Source of the DNA: a virus
DNA: 64,000 nt
Strand: one strand, 5' to 3'
IMG/VR virus record: IMGVR_UViG_3300048065_001264
Location: 13,815 to 77,814 of that record
The position numbers and the translations under genes were made by a program. Of this stretch, positions 27,769 through 36,900 are shown in pieces. Positions within the stretch are counted from its first letter, which is position 1; every line of letters starts with the position of its first letter. Below the pieces are notes generated by a model. That model was not told the DNA's origin and did not search any database. It was given only the letters and a program-made list of their open reading frames with translations.

Positions 27769-30369
27769 TTATGCTCCGTATTTTATCTTACTAAATGAAC
27801 CTTCTTTTTGAATTTCTACAATTTCATCCACCATATCTCGCATAACATCCAAATGACTAATGACCACGATGAACTCAAACTGACCTTTTAGATAAGTAAA
27901 TAGATTAAATACACTGCTAATATTGTCTCCGTCTAATGTACCCCAACCTTCGTCAATAACAAGGAAATTAGAACGAGGAAGACTGCTTACATTGATAAGT
28001 GCTACACGCATAGCAATACTGCTTATGAATCGTTCCATACCACTACACATCTCTAAAGGCCAATGACGGTCTTCGTAGGTTATCTTTGAGTAAATGTGTT
28101 TTCCATCCATTTCAAGATTCATACCGAAATCAACAATTTGAGAAAGAATATTATTAACTTCACTTTCAATACTTGGAATTGTTTTAGAAATTAACTCGTA
28201 TGAAATACCATCTCGTTTTACCGCATCAAGATACAATTCGTACCCTCTCTTTTTTCTTTCATAACTTTTTGCTTCTTCTATTGATGCAAGAATATCTTCG
28301 TGTTCCTTTTCAGCAATTTTTACCTCACCAAAAAGAGTTTGAAGTTTTTCATTTTCTTCATTCGCTATATTGTTTACGGACAATAACTTGCTTTGAAGAT
28401 CATCTACCTCTAGTTGTAGTTTTTTATTAAATTCAATTATGTCCTTGCACTCATGATACGAATCGATATTTTTGTTATTAATTATAATATCTTTTTCAAG
28501 TGACTCTATCATACTAGATAAAGCAAGAACTTTTGAATCGGCTTCGTTGATTTCAAATGAAGTTTGTGTCAAAGTATTATTTAAATCTTTCAATTCCTCA
28601 TATTCATTTTCTACATTTTCAAATTCACTTAATTGCTCTGTGTATACTGCCTTTTGCTTTACAAGTTCGTCTGCGGCTGCTTTGTCTTTGTCAAGTTCTT
28701 GTTTAGTTTGTTCTGCACTTTCAATTAAGTTTTTAGAATTGTTTACACAATACGAACAATTCGGATCATATTCGTGGTCATCATAATGTTTTAATTTATC
28801 AAGTTTAGCATTAACTGAAGTTCTCAGAACTGCTAAGTCTTTATCGACAATCACTACATCTTCTCTTATTTTAAGAACCTTTACATAATTTTCTTCTACA
28901 CCATATAACTCGGAAATTCTTTTTGACAAATCTCCTCGTTTATTTACAAGTTCTTTTTTACGTGCAGATTCTTCACCTCTTTGTTTTTCTGCTTCTAAAA
29001 GCCTATCTTCCAAATTCTTTTTATTAAACTCCAAATTATCTATATCTGAACTATCGTTATCAAACGAACAATTTTTAAAATTTGAACTTTTATCAGAAAG
29101 AATTTTATTTACTCTTTTTTGTTCAAGTAAAGCAATATTAGTTTTGCTCTCTTGTTCAGAATATTGTTCAGATATATTATCAAGTTTTTCTTTAATTTCT
29201 GCCAATGTTTCATCAAAATTTTCACGATTAAATCTTTTTAATAAAGCATTTATTTCTTTTATATCCTCAGATGCAGTAGAGTGTAATTGATCAAATATAT
29301 CAATTCCCATAAATTGAGCAAGCAGGTCTTTTCTTTCACTTTGACTTTTATCTATAAAAATTGCATTGTTGTTTTGTAAACTAAGAGTAGTTAAAACAAA
29401 ATCTTCATAAGAACCCACATGATCACGGATAATGGCATTTGTTCCTGATCGTTGCTCTCCATTCAGTGAAATAGTTTGACCTTCTTCATCTAGTTTCCAA
29501 AAGTCCACAACAACAGTAACATCTCCATTCTTTTTTGTGGATGCAGTTCTCTCAATATAATAATTTACTCCACCTATTTCAAAATTAAGTTTACAATAAA
29601 AAGAATCTGTTTGTGTATTTAGTACGTGTGAAGCCTTGAATGCACGATCACATTTATCAAATAAGCAAAAACTTAATGCACTCATCACACTGCTTTTTCC
29701 ACTTGCATTAGAAGCAAACAATCCCATAACACTTTTCATATTAGAAAAGTCAATAACATTCCCGTCTCCGTAACTAAACATATTTCCAAATTCAAACTTC
29801 TTTGGTTTCCAAATACAATTTTTGAGTATTTCTTTTATTATCAGTTTTTCATTTACTTCTTTGTTTATATCAAGAGCAGTTTTTATTTGTTCTTCATCAA
29901 CTACAAAATTACGAGTTAGATAATCTTCAATAAGATCGTTTTGAATTTGGACAAGTGATATGTCTCCAAAATCAAATTTATTATCACGATCAAACTTTTT
30001 TGCTTCAGAAATCGCATCACATCGTGTAACATTTAAATCAGTTATACTCGTTTGCTTCCGTATTTCTGCAATAATCTCTTTTGTCTCGGTTGCGGTTGTA
30101 TTATACACCTTGACACGCAATCTTGCTTTATTTGGTAGTTTAGATAAATCACTAACACACTTTCCATCACGAACCGTAACAGTATAATAACCATATTCAT
30201 TATGTACATCATAATGTTGATGTGTTCTATTTTCCAAATCCCATAAAACATATCCATGTCCAGACGGAAGTTCTCCGTGGTTTTGTTGTATCATACTACC
30301 AGAATAAACAACAACTGGTTTATCAGGATTGTGTCTGATTACCTTTATATATTTTTCTTTATCTTCCAT
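27769..30369 (-). CDS. sbcC: SbcC/Rad50 (gp46-like) ATPase fused at its N-terminus to the C-terminal part of the SbcD/Mre11 nuclease
   Basis: N-terminal YSGS..QQNHGE..HGY; Walker A NASGKSS; zinc hook CSYC; CSGME signature; IDEGWGTLD; ISH. Confidence 0.9.
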   Translation of the reverse strand: MEDKEKYIKVIRHNPDKPVVVYSGSMIQQNHGELPSGHGYVLWDLENRTHQHYDVHNEYGYYTVTVRDGKCVSDLSKLPNKARLRVKVYNTTATETKEIIAEIRKQTSITDLNVTRCDAISEAKKFDRDNKFDFGDISLVQIQNDLIEDYLTRNFVVDEEQIKTALDINKEVNEKLIIKEILKNCIWKPKKFEFGNMFSYGDGNVIDFSNMKSVMGLFASNASGKSSVMSALSFCLFDKCDRAFKASHVLNTQTDSFYCKLNFEIGGVNYYIERTASTKKNGDVTVVVDFWKLDEEGQTISLNGEQRSGTNAIIRDHVGSYEDFVLTTLSLQNNNAIFIDKSQSERKDLLAQFMGIDIFDQLHSTASEDIKEINALLKRFNRENFDETLAEIKEKLDNISEQYSEQESKTNIALLEQKRVNKILSDKSSNFKNCSFDNDSSDIDNLEFNKKNLEDRLLEAEKQRGEESARKKELVNKRGDLSKRISELYGVEENYVKVLKIREDVVIVDKDLAVLRTSVNAKLDKLKHYDDHEYDPNCSYCVNNSKNLIESAEQTKQELDKDKAAADELVKQKAVYTEQLSEFENVENEYEELKDLNNTLTQTSFEINEADSKVLALSSMIESLEKDIIINNKNIDSYHECKDIIEFNKKLQLEVDDLQSKLLSVNNIANEENEKLQTLFGEVKIAEKEHEDILASIEEAKSYERKKRGYELYLDAVKRDGISYELISKTIPSIESEVNNILSQIVDFGMNLEMDGKHIYSKITYEDRHWPLEMCSGMERFISSIAMRVALINVSSLPRSNFLVIDEGWGTLDGDNISSVFNLFTYLKGQFEFIVVISHLDVMRDMVDEIVEIQKEGSFSKIKYGA

Positions 30370-31294
30370 TCGTTACAATTTCTAAAATATGTTGTCCAAC
30401 CTCATAATCATTTAAATATGGACTAAGATGAACATGACCTTGCTTTGGAAAATACATATTAGGTCCTAAAAAGGGTGTTCTTTTTTCCAAGTTCTTTAAG
30501 TCACCTCCTTGTTGTTGCCATAAAATTCCTTTAGGACCAAACATTTGGTGAATATAGTCTGTTGTAATAATTGTCTTCGTTCCAATTGCAGATGAAATGT
30601 TTGTAATACAACCCTCCGACCCAATTACATAATCACAATTTTTAATTAAACTTGCAGTAAACGAGAATTTACTTGTGGAGTTAATTTCAGGAAAATTCTT
30701 AGAAATTTTTTCGTCTAACCCCAACGCAAATAAAAGAATATCAGAAGATAATTCTAAGCAATTTATAATATCAAAAATATTTCTAGAACCCGACCCATAT
30801 CCATTGCCAGTTTTGCCACCGTCTGCTCTTTGATACTCCTCTTCTGTAAATAGGAAACTTTTTCGTGACCAGTCTACTTGATATCCGACTAGTTTTACAT
30901 CTTCTTCAAGTTCACCTATATTTTTTAATTCATTTATACTTTTTCTAATAGAATAGTCGAGTGTTGGGTTTGTAAAAATTTCAAAGGAATCATCATAGTT
31001 TTTGATATTGCACATTTTTTGAAATTGAGATACTGCCGATTCGTATGGGTCTAATACTGACACATCTTCATCCATTATAGTATGTACGATATCGTAATCT
31101 ATATTTGCACTCTCTTTATAGAAAACTCCATCTATATATGGATTATTTAAAAGTAATTCAATTGGTTGTAAAAAAGAAATATCAAAATGCACTAAGCTGT
31201 TAGGATTCATTTCTTTAATTTTCTTGGCAACACTACTTGCGAAAAGTGTATCACCTATGTGTATATTTCTACACCTAACAAGTATCTTAGTCAT
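30359..31294 (-). CDS. glycosyltransferase, GT9 (heptosyltransferase-like) family
   Basis: KILVR...HIGDTLF.S.V.K.IK...P and ASLIKNCDYVIGSEG..TNISSAIGTKTI; likely start ATG at 31294. Confidence 0.75.
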   Translation of the reverse strand: MTKILVRCRNIHIGDTLFASSVAKKIKEMNPNSLVHFDISFLQPIELLLNNPYIDGVFYKESANIDYDIVHTIMDEDVSVLDPYESAVSQFQKMCNIKNYDDSFEIFTNPTLDYSIRKSINELKNIGELEEDVKLVGYQVDWSRKSFLFTEEEYQRADGGKTGNGYGSGSRNIFDIINCLELSSDILLFALGLDEKISKNFPEINSTSKFSFTASLIKNCDYVIGSEGCITNISSAIGTKTIITTDYIHQMFGPKGILWQQQGGDLKNLEKRTPFLGPNMYFPKQGHVHLSPYLNDYEVGQHILEIVTNGR

Positions 31295-31991
31295 CACTAA
31301 CACACCACCCTTCTAGTTTATATTCGTCTAGTTTACTATCAGGAATAAATCTATGCTCAGTTTGATACTCTTGTAAAACTTGATACTTGTGTATATCCCC
31401 AAGCATAACAATATCATATCCGTTAAACATAGGTAAGTTAATATCCCCACCCATAACTACATATCCTATATCAGTTCTACTTCTTTTTACCGCACCATGA
31501 TATACTGCTATCTTGGTTTTAATAGAATCATCTTTTATGTCAGACCCTTTGATATATTTTACCGGATCTTCAAATATTCCAAAGACACCGATGGCAACAT
31601 CACCTAATTTATATACACCCGTATCTTTTAGATAAAACAAATTGTCGTCGTCCATCATATCAAGTATAGGTGATAATACATCAAGACGATCAGGGTTATT
31701 TAAATTACAGTCGTGATTACCTGCAATTACAATTGTAGGATGAAGTTTGGAACACTCTCTTAAAAACGAAGATATTTGATGAATCAACTCAGGACTCATC
31801 TCTGTCTTAGCATGAGCAATGTCCCCACCGATAAAAATGATTGCATTATCAAGATTATCATCTTTAACTTGTTTGTAAAAATTTTCAAATACAAGTGAAT
31901 ATTCATTGTGCCTTTTTACATTTCTAATATGAATGTCTGCAAGATGATATACTTTTTCAACATTATTTAAATTTGTTTTTAGTTCATGCAT
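31287..31991 (-). CDS. sbcD: SbcD/Mre11 (gp47-like) metallophosphoesterase, N-terminal fragment
   Basis: HLADIH, GGDIAH, AGNHD, YHG, LGDIHK; lacks the following YxGS/capping region. Confidence 0.88.
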   Translation of the reverse strand: MHELKTNLNNVEKVYHLADIHIRNVKRHNEYSLVFENFYKQVKDDNLDNAIIFIGGDIAHAKTEMSPELIHQISSFLRECSKLHPTIVIAGNHDCNLNNPDRLDVLSPILDMMDDDNLFYLKDTGVYKLGDVAIGVFGIFEDPVKYIKGSDIKDDSIKTKIAVYHGAVKRSRTDIGYVVMGGDINLPMFNGYDIVMLGDIHKYQVLQEYQTEHRFIPDSKLDEYKLEGWCVSDD

Positions 31992-32908
31992 AGTTTTTGT
32001 TTCATCAATTCACTAAAATCAAGAAATTCTGCGTTTCTAATTTTGTGAATTATTTTGTTAAACCCAATGTCCGCTGCATCTTCGTTTCCCATTTTGACGA
32101 GTCTAACTTTTATGCTTTCACTCATCAATGTTTCGGAAATTTGTAATGCGTTTTTAAATGCATCGTTATCAAGAACGATACATACCTCAGAAACTCCGTG
32201 CTCAACTAATTTTGTTTTTAGTTTACTTGGAATATTCTTCCCCAATAATGGAATTGCGTTTCTACGAATTGCCATAGCATCAAATACACCTTCGCAAAAA
32301 ATAAGTGGTTCGGAGAAATCAATTTGATTTTCAAACACCACTACATCTTTACTAACCGGTGGATTTTTGTATCGTAAATACGCAGTTCCTGTAAAATCTC
32401 TTGCTATAAAATAATTTAAATTATTATCACAATCATATGATGGTATTATAATTCTATTTGCATAATCACCACTTTCACAATATCCAATATTATATCTTTC
32501 TATATCATATGAAAATATATTTCGTTGTCTTAGGTAATTAAACGCAGACTTTGATGCTCTTGTTTTTTCATTATCATACTGCAATGATGTAAATTCATAT
32601 GGAAGGTGAATTTTAACTTGTTCTTCCTCGGTCTGTTGCGTACTTTTTGGTATCTTTACAATTCTTGATAATTCTGTAAGATATTGAGGAGCAACATTCA
32701 TCTTCTTAAATAAACCATAAATTGATCTACCTTTTGAATTTGTATCAATCCAACTCTGCCATCTCTGCGTAGATAGATTAATAGCAAGTTTCGGTTTTCT
32801 ATGGTGCGAAAATGGACACATAAACATAGCCTCGTCTTTAGAGACGATTTTTCCATTTCCTAATACTTTTTGTAAAAGATTAAGAAGTTTTTGTTCGGAA
32901 ATACCCAC
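31979..32908 (-). CDS. DNA primase (DnaG/gp61-like)
   Basis: N-terminal CPF..H, RIIIP, Y..P, TOPRIM EGVFD and LDND. Confidence 0.88.
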   Translation of the reverse strand: MGISEQKLLNLLQKVLGNGKIVSKDEAMFMCPFSHHRKPKLAINLSTQRWQSWIDTNSKGRSIYGLFKKMNVAPQYLTELSRIVKIPKSTQQTEEEQVKIHLPYEFTSLQYDNEKTRASKSAFNYLRQRNIFSYDIERYNIGYCESGDYANRIIIPSYDCDNNLNYFIARDFTGTAYLRYKNPPVSKDVVVFENQIDFSEPLIFCEGVFDAMAIRRNAIPLLGKNIPSKLKTKLVEHGVSEVCIVLDNDAFKNALQISETLMSESIKVRLVKMGNEDAADIGFNKIIHKIRNAEFLDFSELMKQKLCMN

Positions 32909-33432
32909 TATTTTAAAGAATACCAGTGATACAACGATGCGACCACCGCATCAAGCATATCGTAGTTTTTTTTATCATAATTATTCTTAGAATTATAGTG
33001 AATAAATTCGGATAAATCAAGCATATTATCAATATTGCACTTTACAAATGTTTTACTATCTAATCCTTTTTCTCTACTTTTTCCGAATACCACTTTACGT
33101 AAAGTTGATACATTTACATGATCAACCTGAACTTTGAATAGTTCTTCAATTACATAACTTACAATAGCATTACACTTTGCCAGTTTAACAATAGTTTGTT
33201 GACTTGTTCGGCCACCACCGAACCCACTTAAAGTGTCTTCCACTATTATTGTTGATACATTGTTTATTTCAATAGAAGATAATGTATCCGAAACATAATG
33301 TGCTTTTTCACGAAAGTTTGTAAGTTTTTTTACATCAACAAAACCTGCATAATCTATATTTGATTTAGAAGATGAGTAGCAGTATCCAACTACACTTGTA
33401 CTTATATCCAATCCTAAACAATATTTTGACAT
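32908..33432 (-). CDS. RuvC-like Holliday junction resolvase
   Basis: LGLDIST..GY, IIVE, D..DA acidic residues. Confidence 0.8.
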   Translation of the reverse strand: MSKYCLGLDISTSVVGYCYSSSKSNIDYAGFVDVKKLTNFREKAHYVSDTLSSIEINNVSTIIVEDTLSGFGGGRTSQQTIVKLAKCNAIVSYVIEELFKVQVDHVNVSTLRKVVFGKSREKGLDSKTFVKCNIDNMLDLSEFIHYNSKNNYDKKNYDMLDAVVASLYHWYSLK

Positions 33433-33437
33433 ACATT

Positions 33438-33466
33438 ATTGTATATCAAATATAAAACTTTATCAA
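33438..33466 (-). promoter_or_regulatory. sigma70-like promoter for the RuvC-primase-sbcD-GT-sbcC operon
   Basis: TTGATA-17 nt-TACAAT, 5 nt upstream of ATG 33432. Confidence 0.65.
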
Positions 33467-33471
33467 TATTT

Positions 33472-33903
33472 TTATGAATATGATGCCGAATCTCTAAGTC
33501 CTTGGGTAAGTCCATTTATAGCAGATGAATCACCATATTTAGATGCCTTCATATAATTTCTATAAATACTTTTATCAGCAGCTGTTGACTTACCATTTGC
33601 AGTCCCTTCATAGTCAGATTCACCCATTGATTGCTTTCCACAAACAAATCCACGATTGTTTATAAGCATTGATGCAGAAGCATTGAATTGTCTAACAGAT
33701 GATCCATAACCAAAATAGTCACCAGCAACACGGTCACTTTTTAAACCAGAGTTAGGAATTCCAGGTGCACCTTTACCTGTTGGTGATGGTGCTGATTCTC
33801 TGAATACAGAATTAAATTTTTCAAGTCTGTCCAAGAGATTTAAATTCAAAGACTCTCTACTGTTTTCATTTTCAAATTGTTTTTTAGGTTGTGGTTTTGC
33901 CAT
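33472..33903 (-). CDS. hypothetical protein (possible small virion protein)
   Basis: Strong AAGGAG RBS; ATATTTAT motif at 33936-33943. Confidence 0.7.
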   Translation of the reverse strand: MAKPQPKKQFENENSRESLNLNLLDRLEKFNSVFRESAPSPTGKGAPGIPNSGLKSDRVAGDYFGYGSSVRQFNASASMLINNRGFVCGKQSMGESDYEGTANGKSTAADKSIYRNYMKASKYGDSSAINGLTQGLRDSASYS

Positions 33904-33956
33904 ATTATATTTCTCCTTGAAATCTTTCGTTTTCTATAAATATTAGATAAAAATTA

Positions 33957-36900
33957 TTAAGTGTCATATTTTACTAAAAAATTTATAGGATAGTTTGGTA
34001 CAATTTTGACGGGTCTACTTAACTTAGCTGTCATTACAAGTTCCAATCCACTATAAAGACCTATTGTGGTTACATATGGTGCTAAATAACTACCAGTTTG
34101 ATCTTTTGCGTCATTCTCCTTATAATTCACAAATTCATCTAAAATTTTAACCCCACGATTTTTACCTGTTCGTGTATCTAAGAAATTGATTATATCAAAA
34201 GGTTTTGTTCTTGTTGCGTTGACCGTAAACCCATCAACCAATCCTTTTGTAAGATTTATACCAGTTCTTCCTATAAAATAACGAACAAGTAACATTGCAT
34301 CTCGCATTGTAACTTCTCCGTCACCATCTATATCTAGTAAACCATTATCATGTAAAGTTTTTATTTTTTCCTTGATTTCAATCATATCAGTTGTAGTCAC
34401 TCGGTCATCCAGTACAGACTTTACTAAATCAACAATCAAAGCATCTTCCGACTCTGTTAACAATATATCGTCGTTAGGCCAATTTGTGTTTTGCTCTTCT
34501 TGTAGTTTTAAAGTATTCTTGACTTCACCTCCGTTTGGTATTTTTAAAACTTGTCCAACATACAAAACCGAGTTATCTTTTATGTTATTTTTACTAAGTA
34601 TGCTATCAACAGAAGCACCTGTCATTTTAGATATTGATTCTAATGTTTGAACACTATTAACTTCGTATATAATTTTATTTGGTAAAAAAACTGAGTCTCC
34701 TGCTGTTATCTGATCATTGTATCGCATTTTATTTCCGATTGTACCCGAATTATATTTTCTAATTTCCAAAAAACCAAATGACTTTTCAACAGGCACTATA
34801 TCTTTGTAACTTCCTACATTTTCAGTCTTTGAGTCAAAAATATCAATTTCCGATGGATATGGAATGTCATATTGTTTACATATTGTCTCAAGACTTTCTT
34901 TTCTAACAGTATATTCATCATAATCAAGTTGTAGGTTTTCATCCCTAAACGTTCCCTCTATGTATCTGTATATATATGCTAGATCAGTAATGTCAAATTT
35001 TAAGTCAGAATTTACATCGTAATCAATTTCTCCATAAACCACAGATGTTGGATTTGTACTAACATTGAATTCGTTAGGTTTTACTGTACACAAAATTTCG
35101 TTCTCGTAAATTGTATGAGTTCCTTTAAAGTTAAAAGAATATCCTGAGTTGCTTGAACCGGTGAACATTTTTTTAAAGTATTCTGATTCGTTTGTAATAA
35201 CTGCAACTCCGTTTTTGTAAAAAATATTACCAACGTAAATATATTTTCCCTCGGTATATGTAGAGACGTCATATGTTATCACTTTGCCAAATATATTTCT
35301 ATTTTGATATCTACTTTGACGTCCCCAAATTATATTACCATAATTTTCATAAATGTGAGAACATTGGCCAAATAGACCGAACTCAACTCCTTCAAATGAT
35401 TCAATTTCATTTAAATTAAAATCTCCTGTAACAGGACTTCCCACATAAAGATTGCTTGCACTCAAGGAAACTGACCTGCCGAACTGATGTCGGATGTTAT
35501 TTTTTTGTTTATTTACCTTAATTTCTTTTAGTTTTTTTATATCATCTTCTTCTATATTGTAATAATGTACTTTTCCTTCATGTGCATCTCTTAATTCGTA
35601 ATACACCAAACCGATATTATCAATATAATTTTCTTTTTGACTAAAAATGCTGTTTGGCAAAAGATCTACATAAAAAATAATTTCGTCATCTGTTATTATC
35701 GTCTTGTCTCTATAAATCCCACGAGTTACATCACCCATAGAAATAACTTCATCCTGCATGAAACAAATTTCATTTTGTACTTCACCTTTATATATTTTAT
35801 TATTTTCTACTTTCTTAAAATAAACTACATCATCAGTTGGTGTTCCGGTGTAAGTAATATGGCATATAAAATTTCTATCATTATCAAAAACATCAAATGA
35901 AAAAGGTACAGATGTATTTGATGTGGAACTTGGGGGCAAGTAAATTTCAAAATCCTTACTAAATGTTGATGACATAATTCCACTTTCGTGGTCGTCTATT
36001 CGTGTCTCGGATTTTATACTATAATGTAAATAATACAAAGGAATTTTTGTGTAATCTATTTTAATTTTAGTCTCATCAATATAAGGATGACTTATTGTAA
36101 ACTCACCTTTTAAATTTTCATTAACATCTATATTTTTTCTAGACACTTTAAAAATAGCATCGGCATTGTTACCACCCAACAAGTCAAACGAACCATCGGT
36201 AATTATATATTTCAGTTGACTATAATAATCATCACTTTGTGAATTTGCACCATATCTATAATTTTCAGATGCAAATGTCTCACCATCATCAAGCACATAT
36301 ATTTCACTTTGCTCTAGTAAAGGTTCACCAACTGCAAAATTATTATCTTTAAGAGAAACCGAAATTCCATATTCACTTGAATATTTATTTTCGGTCAACT
36401 CATCTGTATATGTTTTTTTAAAAAATAGAAAGTCATCGTCTTTTTGCTTAAATACATAAACACTACCATTACTATAAATTTTTTGTGAATTATATTCGTC
36501 AAAATATTCTCTATCAATTGAATCACCTATTACTAAGTAATTTTCGTTTGCATCAAATGATATTCCAAAATTATTGCTAGTTTTATTGTATTTAAATTTA
36601 TATTTTGAATTTGCATCTCTAACTACTTCATTATGTAAAATTGGGTTTTGTACAATTGATAATCTACTTTGCACTCCTACCAGTTGATCATCGTTTGTTG
36701 TTCTACCTATATAAATTTCAAATTCTCCATTCTTTAATTCTATAAACACCTCGTCCGAATCTACATAAACTCCACCACTGATTACATATTCATCCTCTTC
36801 TATTTTTTCATTAAGTGGTTTGTCAATTCTATAAGAAAATCCATACCTAGAATTTGAGAAATTATCATCAATTTTTACTTTAATAAAAACTCCAGTTTGC

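Noticed and set aside
30359-31294. Group I/II intron or intein explaining the split sbcD
   Set aside because: The insert is fully occupied by a GT ORF overlapping both flanks, leaving no room for a ribozyme core; no homing endonuclease motifs; no Cys/Ser start or His-Asn end
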